Shown here piece after piece: positions 17,905 through 25,106 of a stretch of 38,957 nucleotides of DNA; within the stretch, counting starts at the first letter, position 1, and every line of letters starts with the position of its first letter. The notes beneath the pieces were generated by a model, which was not told the origin of the DNA, searched no databases, and saw only the letters and a program-made list of their open reading frames with translations. The DNA lies in IMG/VR virus record IMGVR_UViG_3300045988_085954; one strand, written 5' to 3'. Origin of the DNA: a virus. Made by a program: the position numbers and the translations under genes.

Positions 17905-18906
17905 TCAGGCACCTGCGTTCTCGATGACACCAAGGAATGCCGCCTCAGGACGGAGTCCACCCATGCCAACTGCCATCTTCGCGATCATCTGGTCTGCCTG
18001 ATACTCGATGCGGCGTCCCGTCTCCATCGAGAGGTTCTTCAGACGCAGAACACCTGCCGCCGTCTTGTGGCAGATGATAATCGGATGCTTGTCTGCGTAC
18101 TCAGCTGGGAACACATGACCCTCACCCTGAATGACATTGATATTGTCATCGCCACCACGGACGATGTGCGGGCACTCAAGGATGTCAAAACCTGCAAGGC
18201 GAATGACATTGCCCTCAAGAATCGTACCAGAAGCACCATAGTCACGGTTCAGGAATTCTACTGCCGACGCGAGTGCCGAATGGTACTCAGGGTCGAGATA
18301 TGCATAGCGTTCCGTCGCGGGGACGTAGTTCTTAGACATCTCTGCCTTTGCCTTCAGGAGCGTCTGGTAGATAGCGAGACCCGTCTGCTTGTTGATACCA
18401 ACAACACCGGCATCGAGCTTCGTCGTAAGGACACCGCCCTTACCATTGCCCTCAACGTTCTCCTTCGTGTTCAGAGCCTCCTTCGCAAGCTCTGCGAGAA
18501 CCGAGGCATCATGCGAGATAGCAAGGGCATTGCCAAGCTCTGCCGCATACGGGGAACGGAAATCGTAGTGTGCAATGAACTCATCGAGGTCGAAGATGAG
18601 CGTATCTGCCGTCAGGAGGCCGTCGAGCTTGATGACTCGCTCATTCTGCTTGATGTTCTCGCGGAGGTCATCAAGGTTCTGACCTGCCTTGAGATAGTGT
18701 GCCTTCGTGCGGCCGAACACCGGGAACTGCGCGGACTTACCGGACGCAATCGTGCGTTCCATGACGCGCCCCGTGGTTACGGACGTTCGCTGAAAGGCCG
18801 TAAGCGTCTCACCGCTGAATACCTTCAGGGCAAGGGCAAGTTTGTCGGCATCGGTCTCTGCCTGACCATTGATAGACATCGGGTTTGCAATCGTTACATT
18901 TGCCAT
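17905..18906 (-). CDS. Major capsid protein (gp10A-like)
   Basis: Strong similarity to T7 gp10A: DKLALALKVFSGETLTAFQRTSVTTGR..., SGKSAQFPVFGRT..., GGLRPEAA.... An AAAGGAG ribosome-binding site is present. Confidence 0.95.
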   Translation of the reverse strand: MANVTIANPMSINGQAETDADKLALALKVFSGETLTAFQRTSVTTGRVMERTIASGKSAQFPVFGRTKAHYLKAGQNLDDLRENIKQNERVIKLDGLLTADTLIFDLDEFIAHYDFRSPYAAELGNALAISHDASVLAELAKEALNTKENVEGNGKGGVLTTKLDAGVVGINKQTGLAIYQTLLKAKAEMSKNYVPATERYAYLDPEYHSALASAVEFLNRDYGASGTILEGNVIRLAGFDILECPHIVRGGDDNINVIQGEGHVFPAEYADKHPIIICHKTAAGVLRLKNLSMETGRRIEYQADQMIAKMAVGMGGLRPEAAFLGVIENAGA

Positions 18907-18948
18907 TATACTTTTCTCCTTTGGTCTTCAGACCATCATTTTGTTTCT

Positions 18949-18970
18949 TCTCTGTCTTGTGTCTCACCTT
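18949..18970 (-). promoter_or_regulatory. Phage-RNAP promoter upstream of the capsid gene (phi10 analogue)
   Basis: Plus strand ctctgtcttgtgtctcacctta; sense strand TAAGGTGAGACACAAGACAGAG lies 43 nt upstream of the capsid ATG and overlaps the scaffold stop. Confidence 0.6.
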
Positions 18971-19721
18971 AGAAAATCGTTGCATTGCGGATTTTCTGGT
19001 AGACTTCACGGGTAAACTTCGGGTCAACCTGATAGCGCGAATCGGACATGTCTTTCGTCATCTGCTCCATAGAGGTGTACCCTTCGGCGTTAGCATGAAC
19101 ACTTCCATTTCCCATTACTGTGGGGTTTGCCGTGCCGTATGCCTTTGTCATTTTGGAAGTGAGGCCATCAATCGTGAGACGAATCTGACCAAGGTCACCC
19201 GTCTGGATGGTCTTATTGTAAGCATCGACAACCTCTTTCGGCTGTGTCTTCAGAAATTCTACGAGCTTATCATAACCTTCCTCACCACCTGCATAACCCT
19301 TTACCATACTGGTGAAGCGATCGCTGAGTGCCTGAAGGCCATTCAGGTAAGCGTTGACCACGGACTCTGGATAACCTGCTTTCTTCAGGGATTCCATGCT
19401 CTTTTCTGACAGGGAGCCATTGTTACTGTACTCATCGGCGAGCGCATCAAAATCGACTCCCTTATCCTTCAGGTCAACCTTCAGTTCCTCTTCGGCTTTC
19501 TTCTGGTTGTTCATGTCATCCTCAAGGGTTGACTGTTCAGCCTTCGGGGTCTCCTCCTGCTTCTTATCTTCACCCGTGAAACCTTCAGGATCCTTCGGGT
19601 CAGCCAGAGAATCTACGGTTTCTACCGAGGCCGTAGTTGTCGTACCATTCGTTGTTACACTGACTTCAGGGGTAGCTTTCTGCTCTTCGCCCTGAGTCTC
19701 TTCTACTTTTTCGTTTTCCAC
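18969..19721 (-). CDS. Scaffolding protein (gp9-like)
   Basis: 250 aa, highly acidic and helical, lying between the portal and capsid genes. Confidence 0.7.
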   Translation of the reverse strand: MENEKVEETQGEEQKATPEVSVTTNGTTTTASVETVDSLADPKDPEGFTGEDKKQEETPKAEQSTLEDDMNNQKKAEEELKVDLKDKGVDFDALADEYSNNGSLSEKSMESLKKAGYPESVVNAYLNGLQALSDRFTSMVKGYAGGEEGYDKLVEFLKTQPKEVVDAYNKTIQTGDLGQIRLTIDGLTSKMTKAYGTANPTVMGNGSVHANAEGYTSMEQMTKDMSDSRYQVDPKFTREVYQKIRNATIF

Positions 19722-19732
19722 TTGTAACCTCC

Positions 19733-21259
19733 TTACATGGCACCTTTAGCCACCTGTGGGATAGCCTGTTGTGCCATCTGCATCTGCATCTGTTGCTGTT
19801 GTTCCTGCTGAACCTCTTCATCTGTCTTGACCACAGAACTGGAATCAATGCCGAGTGCTGTTGCAATCTGACGAAGAATCTCACCCTGCTTGACGCTCGT
19901 CTGAAATGCCTCAGGGAATACCTGTGCGTAGCGGATGAAGGTGTCGAGCTTCGTGAGGTCATGACCACGACCCAATGCTTCGATGCCCGTGACAATCAAA
20001 GGTTCTACACCCTTCGAGCCCTGCGGCAGGTCTGGAATAGCACCCTCTCTGGTCATCTGAATCATGAAGCGTTTTACCAAGGGAAGCTGAAATTCCTGAG
20101 ACAAAATCGAGTAGATGGAACCTACGGTATCTTCAAGCTCATTCGCGACATAGCGAATCTCTTCTGCCGTGACTCGTTCTGCATTGCGCTGAACTGCTGA
20201 GTTGAGCAAGAAAGCATAGCTGAGTCTCCCTTCGATGGACTGGATAGCATTCTCAGTAATCTGAAGGTCGGATGTCTTGTTCACCTGAAGAATCTGGATG
20301 TCTTCAATCTTGCCGCGAATAAAGTCACCCGACTTCGCTTTTGATAACTCTGAGATTCTTGTGATAGCATTCGGGTTGACAAGGTACAAGATGTTACTCG
20401 CAACTGCCGCTACCTGTGCCACACTCTTCGAGAGTGCTTCGAGAACCTTGAGGTCACCCAAGTATTCATCAACAAAGGAACGACCATAGGATTCTCCATC
20501 CATCTTCTTGAGTCTCAGGGGAATCCAAGGGCTTTTGTCTTTCGGATATTCCTGTTCCGAACCACTGATGATTGCACCTTCAATCTCCTGATAGGATTTG
20601 TAGACATCCCCTTCAAGGTAGGTGTGTGTGTAGACATCATAGGCACGGTCGGCATCTACGGCACCGGATTCACCAAGGGCACTCTGGGCTTCGGGCGGCA
20701 ATGCTCCATAAGCCACGGACTCTTTGGCAATGATTTCAAGGACATTGCCAATGCCGTCACGAGACACCACATAGGAATTCAGTCTGTAGATACGCATACC
20801 ACCTTCAGCAGGTGGAAGGAAGACACACACGTTACCTGCAATGACAAGCTGAAGCAGTGCCTCGCTTGCAGTTGTACGGATTTGATGTGTCTCCATATAG
20901 GACGTAATCTTGCGCTCCAACTTTGACAAGGCTTCTTCCCACTGCTGTTTAGTCGCGGAATCATCACCGAGGGCATTCTCGATGTCATCTCCAAGTGCCA
21001 AGCGGAAGAAGGGAGCGTTCGGAGGGAACAAAGCAAGCATGAGCTTACTCGTCAAGTTGTTGACACCACGGGCACCAATGGACTGATAAGGTGTCTCATA
21101 GTTGGTACTGGCAGAATCTGTAGCCTTAGGGAAGGCCATTGGAATAGTATACTTCGCACACTTTTCGGCTCTATCTGTGTACGGTCTTCTATCGCCTTCC
21201 AGTTTGGCGTATCTACTCTTTGCGGTCTCAACATTATGGTCGAATACTTTCACACTCAC
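19733..21259 (-). CDS. Portal (head-to-tail connector) protein, gp8-like
   Basis: SRYAKLEGDRRPYTDRAEKCAKYTIPMAFP corresponds to T7 gp8 SVYERLKNDRAPYETRAQNCAQYTIPSLFP. The GTG start overlaps the upstream stop as GTGA. Confidence 0.9.
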   Translation of the reverse strand: MSVKVFDHNVETAKSRYAKLEGDRRPYTDRAEKCAKYTIPMAFPKATDSASTNYETPYQSIGARGVNNLTSKLMLALFPPNAPFFRLALGDDIENALGDDSATKQQWEEALSKLERKITSYMETHQIRTTASEALLQLVIAGNVCVFLPPAEGGMRIYRLNSYVVSRDGIGNVLEIIAKESVAYGALPPEAQSALGESGAVDADRAYDVYTHTYLEGDVYKSYQEIEGAIISGSEQEYPKDKSPWIPLRLKKMDGESYGRSFVDEYLGDLKVLEALSKSVAQVAAVASNILYLVNPNAITRISELSKAKSGDFIRGKIEDIQILQVNKTSDLQITENAIQSIEGRLSYAFLLNSAVQRNAERVTAEEIRYVANELEDTVGSIYSILSQEFQLPLVKRFMIQMTREGAIPDLPQGSKGVEPLIVTGIEALGRGHDLTKLDTFIRYAQVFPEAFQTSVKQGEILRQIATALGIDSSSVVKTDEEVQQEQQQQMQMQMAQQAIPQVAKGAM

Positions 21260-21447
21260 AGGTTAATACCCGTTCCGCCCGAGCCAATGGCGTTATTCGT
21301 AGAATCGACCATGAGAGCGGCTTTCCCCTGCTTCTTCTTGCGCGAGGAATCTTCCTCCGGCTTCTTAGTTGCCTCTTCTCCTACGGGGGCAGGTGCCGCC
21401 GCAGGTGTAGGATCTTTGTAGTCTGGTTTCTTAAAAAGTTTACCCAC
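21256..21447 (-). CDS. Small Pro/Ala/Lys-rich protein (start re-assigned to GTG at 21447)
   Basis: An AAGGGAGGTG site precedes a GTG codon placed right after the upstream stop. The product is low-complexity. Confidence 0.3.
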   Translation of the reverse strand: MGKLFKKPDYKDPTPAAAPAPVGEEATKKPEEDSSRKKKQGKAALMVDSTNNAIGSGGTGINL

Positions 21448-21448
21448 G

Positions 21449-21643
21449 TTATACACCTCCCTTGTAGATGTTTTCACTCTGGACGAGCAGAGAACTCAAT
21501 CCTTTTTTCTTCTGGTTCACGCCATCGGTTCCCATCTGTGGACTATCCGGCTCTTCGCTTGATGTGGAAGATACCAATTCGCGTCCTGTAATGGTTGGTG
21601 TCGATGGGATATTTGGTTTGAAAATCTTCTTAAAGAACCCCAT
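21449..21643 (-). CDS. Small hypothetical protein (start re-assigned to ATG at 21643)
   Basis: An AGGAGGAAG site sits 4 nt upstream of the ATG (MGFFKKIFKPN...). Confidence 0.3.
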   Translation of the reverse strand: MGFFKKIFKPNIPSTPTITGRELVSSTSSEEPDSPQMGTDGVNQKKKGLSSLLVQSENIYKGGV

Positions 21644-21842
21644 TATCTTCCTCCTGCTGTGCCTGAATTGCTTCGAGGCGTTCGATGATGGTGTTGATAC
21701 CATACATAATCCCCATTGCAATATCAGCGTTTTTCACATTGACGGATTGATGGAGTACCATTGGCAACGTATAGGTCTCCCGAAGATACTGGCAGAGTTC
21801 CTTCGAGACATACGGGATTTTCATCTCTTCATTGATTGTCAT
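21630..21842 (-). CDS. Hypothetical protein
   Basis: 70-aa ORF lying in the gene string between the exonuclease and the portal gene. Confidence 0.3.
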   Translation of the reverse strand: MTINEEMKIPYVSKELCQYLRETYTLPMVLHQSVNVKNADIAMGIMYGINTIIERLEAIQAQQEEDNGVL

Positions 21843-22293
21843 GATTTACCACCTTTGCATACGTTGGGTAAGTATCGACATACCCGAATTTCTTATAGCA
21901 ATTTGATACCATTCGAGGATGTCTCTGAAAGAAACACCCTGAGGCAATGAGGGATGCATGATATTCCTTTGCCAACTGATCAAGCATCTTACAGGCTTCG
22001 CGCTGAAGACCATGAATTCCAAGGCAAGCTAATACCGCCACTTCCGACAGGATGACTTTAGGTGTCCACCATCCTCTGTCTACGTCGAAAATCAGGACAC
22101 CACAAAATTTATCACCCTGATAGAACTTCACGACCTTCTCCATCTTGCTAAACTGTATTGCATTCTGAGTTATCCAAGGTACGTCGAGAAATTCTGAGAT
22201 AGCCTTGCTCCCTCTTGTCTCTGCATGATACTTCAAGGATTCTTGTAGTGCCCTCACCTCGGTGGATGTCAATGGGCTTCTGTAGGTTTCCAA
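21829..22293 (-). CDS. Hypothetical protein
   Basis: 154-aa ORF that overlaps the exonuclease stop. No confident family assignment could be made. Confidence 0.35.
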   Translation of the reverse strand: METYRSPLTSTEVRALQESLKYHAETRGSKAISEFLDVPWITQNAIQFSKMEKVVKFYQGDKFCGVLIFDVDRGWWTPKVILSEVAVLACLGIHGLQREACKMLDQLAKEYHASLIASGCFFQRHPRMVSNCYKKFGYVDTYPTYAKVVNHDNQ

Positions 22294-23027
22294 AGTTTCA
22301 CCTGTCCTTCTGCATCAATGTCATCAGCCGTCAGAATCTTTGCGACTCTGGCCTGAGTGATTGCAACATTTTCGGACAGACCTGCTTTTTCGTAGGCTTC
22401 TTTGACAGCATTCCATGAGCAGTCTTTGTCAAGGATGCGCTGTGCGGTAACTTTGCCTACCTTAGGACACCCGGAGTACCCATCGGTTGCATCCCCCATG
22501 AGTGTCTGCATGTAGAAGTGCCGTAAGGAATCCTCCTCACTACTATGCCCATACTCTTTACGGAGGAAGTCATAGTGATAACCCGAAATGCACAGGAGGT
22601 CTTTGTCACCACTAATGATGATGCATTTATCACGATACATTGGTTTGGTAGCAAAGATACCCATACAGTCATCGGCTTCAAGTGTGTCTTTGGTAATGGT
22701 GTCATATTCAGATTTCACCCAAGACACAAGGGCTTTGTACCCTACGGGCTTTCTCTTACCCGCACGGTTTGCCTTGTATGTCGGGAGGATGGAACGTCTG
22801 AAATTGACCGTATCAGAGAAGCAGTATTTGACCTCAAAGGCTCCATGGTATTCGTGGGCATCAAGGGCATCCCTGAGAATCATCTCCATGAGAGATTCAA
22901 AGCGTTCTTTGGCTTCATTGAGATTGACATGGAGTGTCCAGATGTCGTTTCCCCAATCAATTTCCTTCTCCACGGAGGAGCAAGCACGGAAACATACCAT
23001 GTCTCCATCAATCAGAAGGTAAAGCAT
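22269..23027 (-). CDS. 5'-3' exonuclease (gp6-like, FEN family)
   Basis: LPTYKANRAGKRKPVGY matches T7 gp6 DPNYKANRKAVKKPVGY, and GDATDGYSG matches GDITDGYSG. Confidence 0.85.
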   Translation of the reverse strand: MLYLLIDGDMVCFRACSSVEKEIDWGNDIWTLHVNLNEAKERFESLMEMILRDALDAHEYHGAFEVKYCFSDTVNFRRSILPTYKANRAGKRKPVGYKALVSWVKSEYDTITKDTLEADDCMGIFATKPMYRDKCIIISGDKDLLCISGYHYDFLRKEYGHSSEEDSLRHFYMQTLMGDATDGYSGCPKVGKVTAQRILDKDCSWNAVKEAYEKAGLSENVAITQARVAKILTADDIDAEGQVKLWKPTEAH

Positions 23028-23190
23028 CTGTCTTCTCCTTTAACCAATCAATAGCATAGCGACCAAGATAAGCAATACTACGCCCACAATCTTCACAGCG
23101 AAGCTCATATACATCACCATCCAAAGGTACGCAAAGATGGAATGCTGTGCATCCACACTCACATTCCAATTTGAATTCAGGTTTTGACAT
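23008..23190 (-). CDS. Small Zn-ribbon / rubredoxin-like protein (start re-assigned to ATG at 23190)
   Basis: A GAGGAGG site sits 8 nt upstream of the ATG. The 60-aa product carries CECGC...CEDCGR cysteine pairs. Confidence 0.45.
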   Translation of the reverse strand: MSKPEFKLECECGCTAFHLCVPLDGDVYELRCEDCGRSIAYLGRYAIDWLKEKTDALPSD

Positions 23191-23203
23191 ATCTATTCCC
23201 TCC

Positions 23204-23443
23204 TCATGGCCGCACATAGAGACCACAGCGACACGCTTTCATCTCGCGCATATAGCGGCACGGGCAGATGGTGTCTTCTGTATGCGTGGGGAGGCACGGG
23301 CAATATGGAGCACCATACTGCACCTGATTGTTGCCAAGTTTCTCCAAGACACTTGCCACATTGTAGGTCTTAGGATTGACTTTCATACCATACTTGTTGG
23401 CATTCTTCTCCGGCTCATAGGTTTCGTTATAGTCTGGATGCAT
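23204..23443 (-). CDS. Ferredoxin-thioredoxin-reductase catalytic-subunit-like (FtrC-like) 4Fe-4S protein
   Basis: YCPC...ICPCRYMREMKACRCGLY matches the FtrC signature CPC...CPCVPMRERKECHCMLF: six Cys with the CPC / CPC / CxC arrangement, identical 8-residue spacing and conserved MRE..K. The start is taken at ATG 23443; the track's GTG at 23464 is less likely. Confidence 0.55.
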   Translation of the reverse strand: MHPDYNETYEPEKNANKYGMKVNPKTYNVASVLEKLGNNQVQYGAPYCPCLPTHTEDTICPCRYMREMKACRCGLYVRP

Positions 23444-23448
23444 ATAGT

Positions 23449-24030
23449 TCACTCGTAGGAACACCTCTTCTCTTTACATGACTTACAGTTTGGCTTGACA
23501 TTCCCAAAGACCTGAGGACATGCCGCAACAAGTGCCTGATAAATCTGCTGTGCAAGTTCCTGATGTTCTTTACTAGCACGCTTACAAAGACGCTTCGGCA
23601 GGTACTCAAACCATGCGCGGAAATTGCCCGTGATGACGAGTTTGTACTCTGCCGCTTTGGGGAGCATATAGGCGATGTCTTCTTTCTTGCAGACACCTTC
23701 AGCTACCTTAAGGTGATAGACCTGCATGATGTATTTTGTCATGTAGTCAATCATGTCATCACCTGTCTCATAGACTCCATGCAGTTCACTTCCGCGACTG
23801 GACTGAACCGTAGGACTGAAATGACGATGACGGGTAAGCTGTAGTAACGTCGTGATACTACAAGTAATCTCGAAGGTTGCATAGCAATGCTCCAAGACAC
23901 TCAAGTGACCTGCTTCAATGATGTGTTGAATCACAGCATCAGAGGCCTGTTTCTGGTAGCATTGCCCTGCCGCTCTCTTTAAGAGATTCATTGCATCGGG
24001 TGTCATGCTAATCAGTTTTGCTACACTCAT
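23449..24030 (-). CDS. thyX: Flavin-dependent thymidylate synthase ThyX
   Basis: The ThyX signature RHRxxSxxxxSxR is present as TRHRHFSPTVQSSR. Confidence 0.75.
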   Translation of the reverse strand: MSVAKLISMTPDAMNLLKRAAGQCYQKQASDAVIQHIIEAGHLSVLEHCYATFEITCSITTLLQLTRHRHFSPTVQSSRGSELHGVYETGDDMIDYMTKYIMQVYHLKVAEGVCKKEDIAYMLPKAAEYKLVITGNFRAWFEYLPKRLCKRASKEHQELAQQIYQALVAACPQVFGNVKPNCKSCKEKRCSYE

Positions 24031-24245
24031 AAGAAAAGTGTCAACCCCCTGTCTTTCAGATGTCCTTTGATTTTCCCTTTGGGATTGTAGATGGTTGCTG
24101 AAGCATCTGGAAATTGCTTCAGGAACTTCAGCATAGAACCAAAGCTACTGAAGATGACCACATGACACTCATTGTCTTTCTCTGTGGCATCCATCATTAC
24201 AAAGAATCTTGCTCTGTGTCTGAGAGTACGGTAATCAGCGACCAC
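24027..24245 (-). CDS. Hypothetical protein (GTG start in track; true start uncertain)
   Basis: ORF in the gene string with no recognisable motif. Confidence 0.25.
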   Translation of the reverse strand: MVADYRTLRHRARFFVMMDATEKDNECHVVIFSSFGSMLKFLKQFPDASATIYNPKGKIKGHLKDRGLTLFL

Positions 24246-24380
24246 GCTTCTTATCCCTCTCTTCCATGTGCTTCAAGTCAATCGTATATCCGCATTTGCA
24301 ACGGACGGATGTCACAGCTGTGGAATAGGAGCGAAGCAATACCTTGTCGCACCGTGGGCATTTCACCTGTTCTTTAATCA
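24235..24380 (-). CDS. Small Zn-ribbon protein (48 aa, not in the ORF track)
   Basis: RC translation gives MIKEQVKCPRCDKVLLRSYSTAVTSVRCKCGYTIDLKHMEERDKKRGR. An AAAGGA site sits 8 nt upstream of the ATG. Confidence 0.35.
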
Positions 24381-24402
24381 TGTAGCTCATCCTTTCATTT
24401 AC

Positions 24403-25067
24403 TTATTTATTATCTACTGTTCCTGTCCATTGGTCTGCCATAGCTTCAGCAATACCAGGAAAGGTCTTACTACGCCATTTAGCTGTTTCAGGGTCATTCC
24501 AAGCATACTGTTTCCCATTGAAAATAGCTTTCCATATATTTGTTGTCCGTTTCTCCGGAGGACATATATCCGTAGGTTGGAGGTTTGGCAATCCTTTCAA
24601 CCACAAACAGGTTTTTTTTTTACACTCTGTTGAACCAAATTGGTAAGGGTTTATGATCTGATTAGGTTTTCTATATTTTGTACTCATAATGCCTACAGGA
24701 TTCTCAATAGCAATTTTTTTTTTTTTCACAATCAGCATTTACAAACTTCATAAAGAAATCAATAGCTTCTACCTGTAAACTACGAGGTTTCTTTCCTTCC
24801 GTAAACCATCGCTGACCTGCACAGCATAAATGCGTACATGGAGGAAAAGCAATAATCATATCCCACTTAGTGTTAATTTCATGCTCTGTACCATCTGTAG
24901 TCTTAAAGGTGCAATATCCATTCAGTAATGGTAAAACATCCTCCATTATATGCCATTCCTGATGGCCCCCACTACAATCTTGAATATCGCAAGAGTAAGC
25001 CTCATGTCCTCTCTCTCAGAGCAATAGTGACTCTCTGGGATTCTTCACAAGCTACTAGAACACGCAT
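24403..25067 (-). pseudogene. SAM-MTase-like (C5-cytosine-MTase-like) gene split into three reading frames at two simple-sequence repeats
   Basis: Three consecutive minus-strand fragments: MRVLVACEESQRVTIALRERT* (25067-25002), ERGHEAYSCDIQ...IAFPPCTHLCCAG...ADCEKKK (through 24704), and KKIAIENPVG...FPGIAEAMADQW (24738-24403). The frame breaks coincide with G(AG)4 at 25009-25017 and A13 at 24714-24726. Removing one A from the A13 tract fuses the second and third frames exactly, and adding one GA unit fuses the first and second. Confidence 0.5.
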
Positions 25068-25106
25068 TAAAACCCCCTTCTAAAAATAGACAAAAAAAAG
25101 ACTGCC

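Noticed and set aside
24612-24621. T10 homopolymer (A10 on the coding strand) inside the third methyltransferase-like fragment
   Set aside because: It is in-frame in the current sequence (encodes KKK) and so is not a frame break. It is noted only as a further slippage-prone tract.
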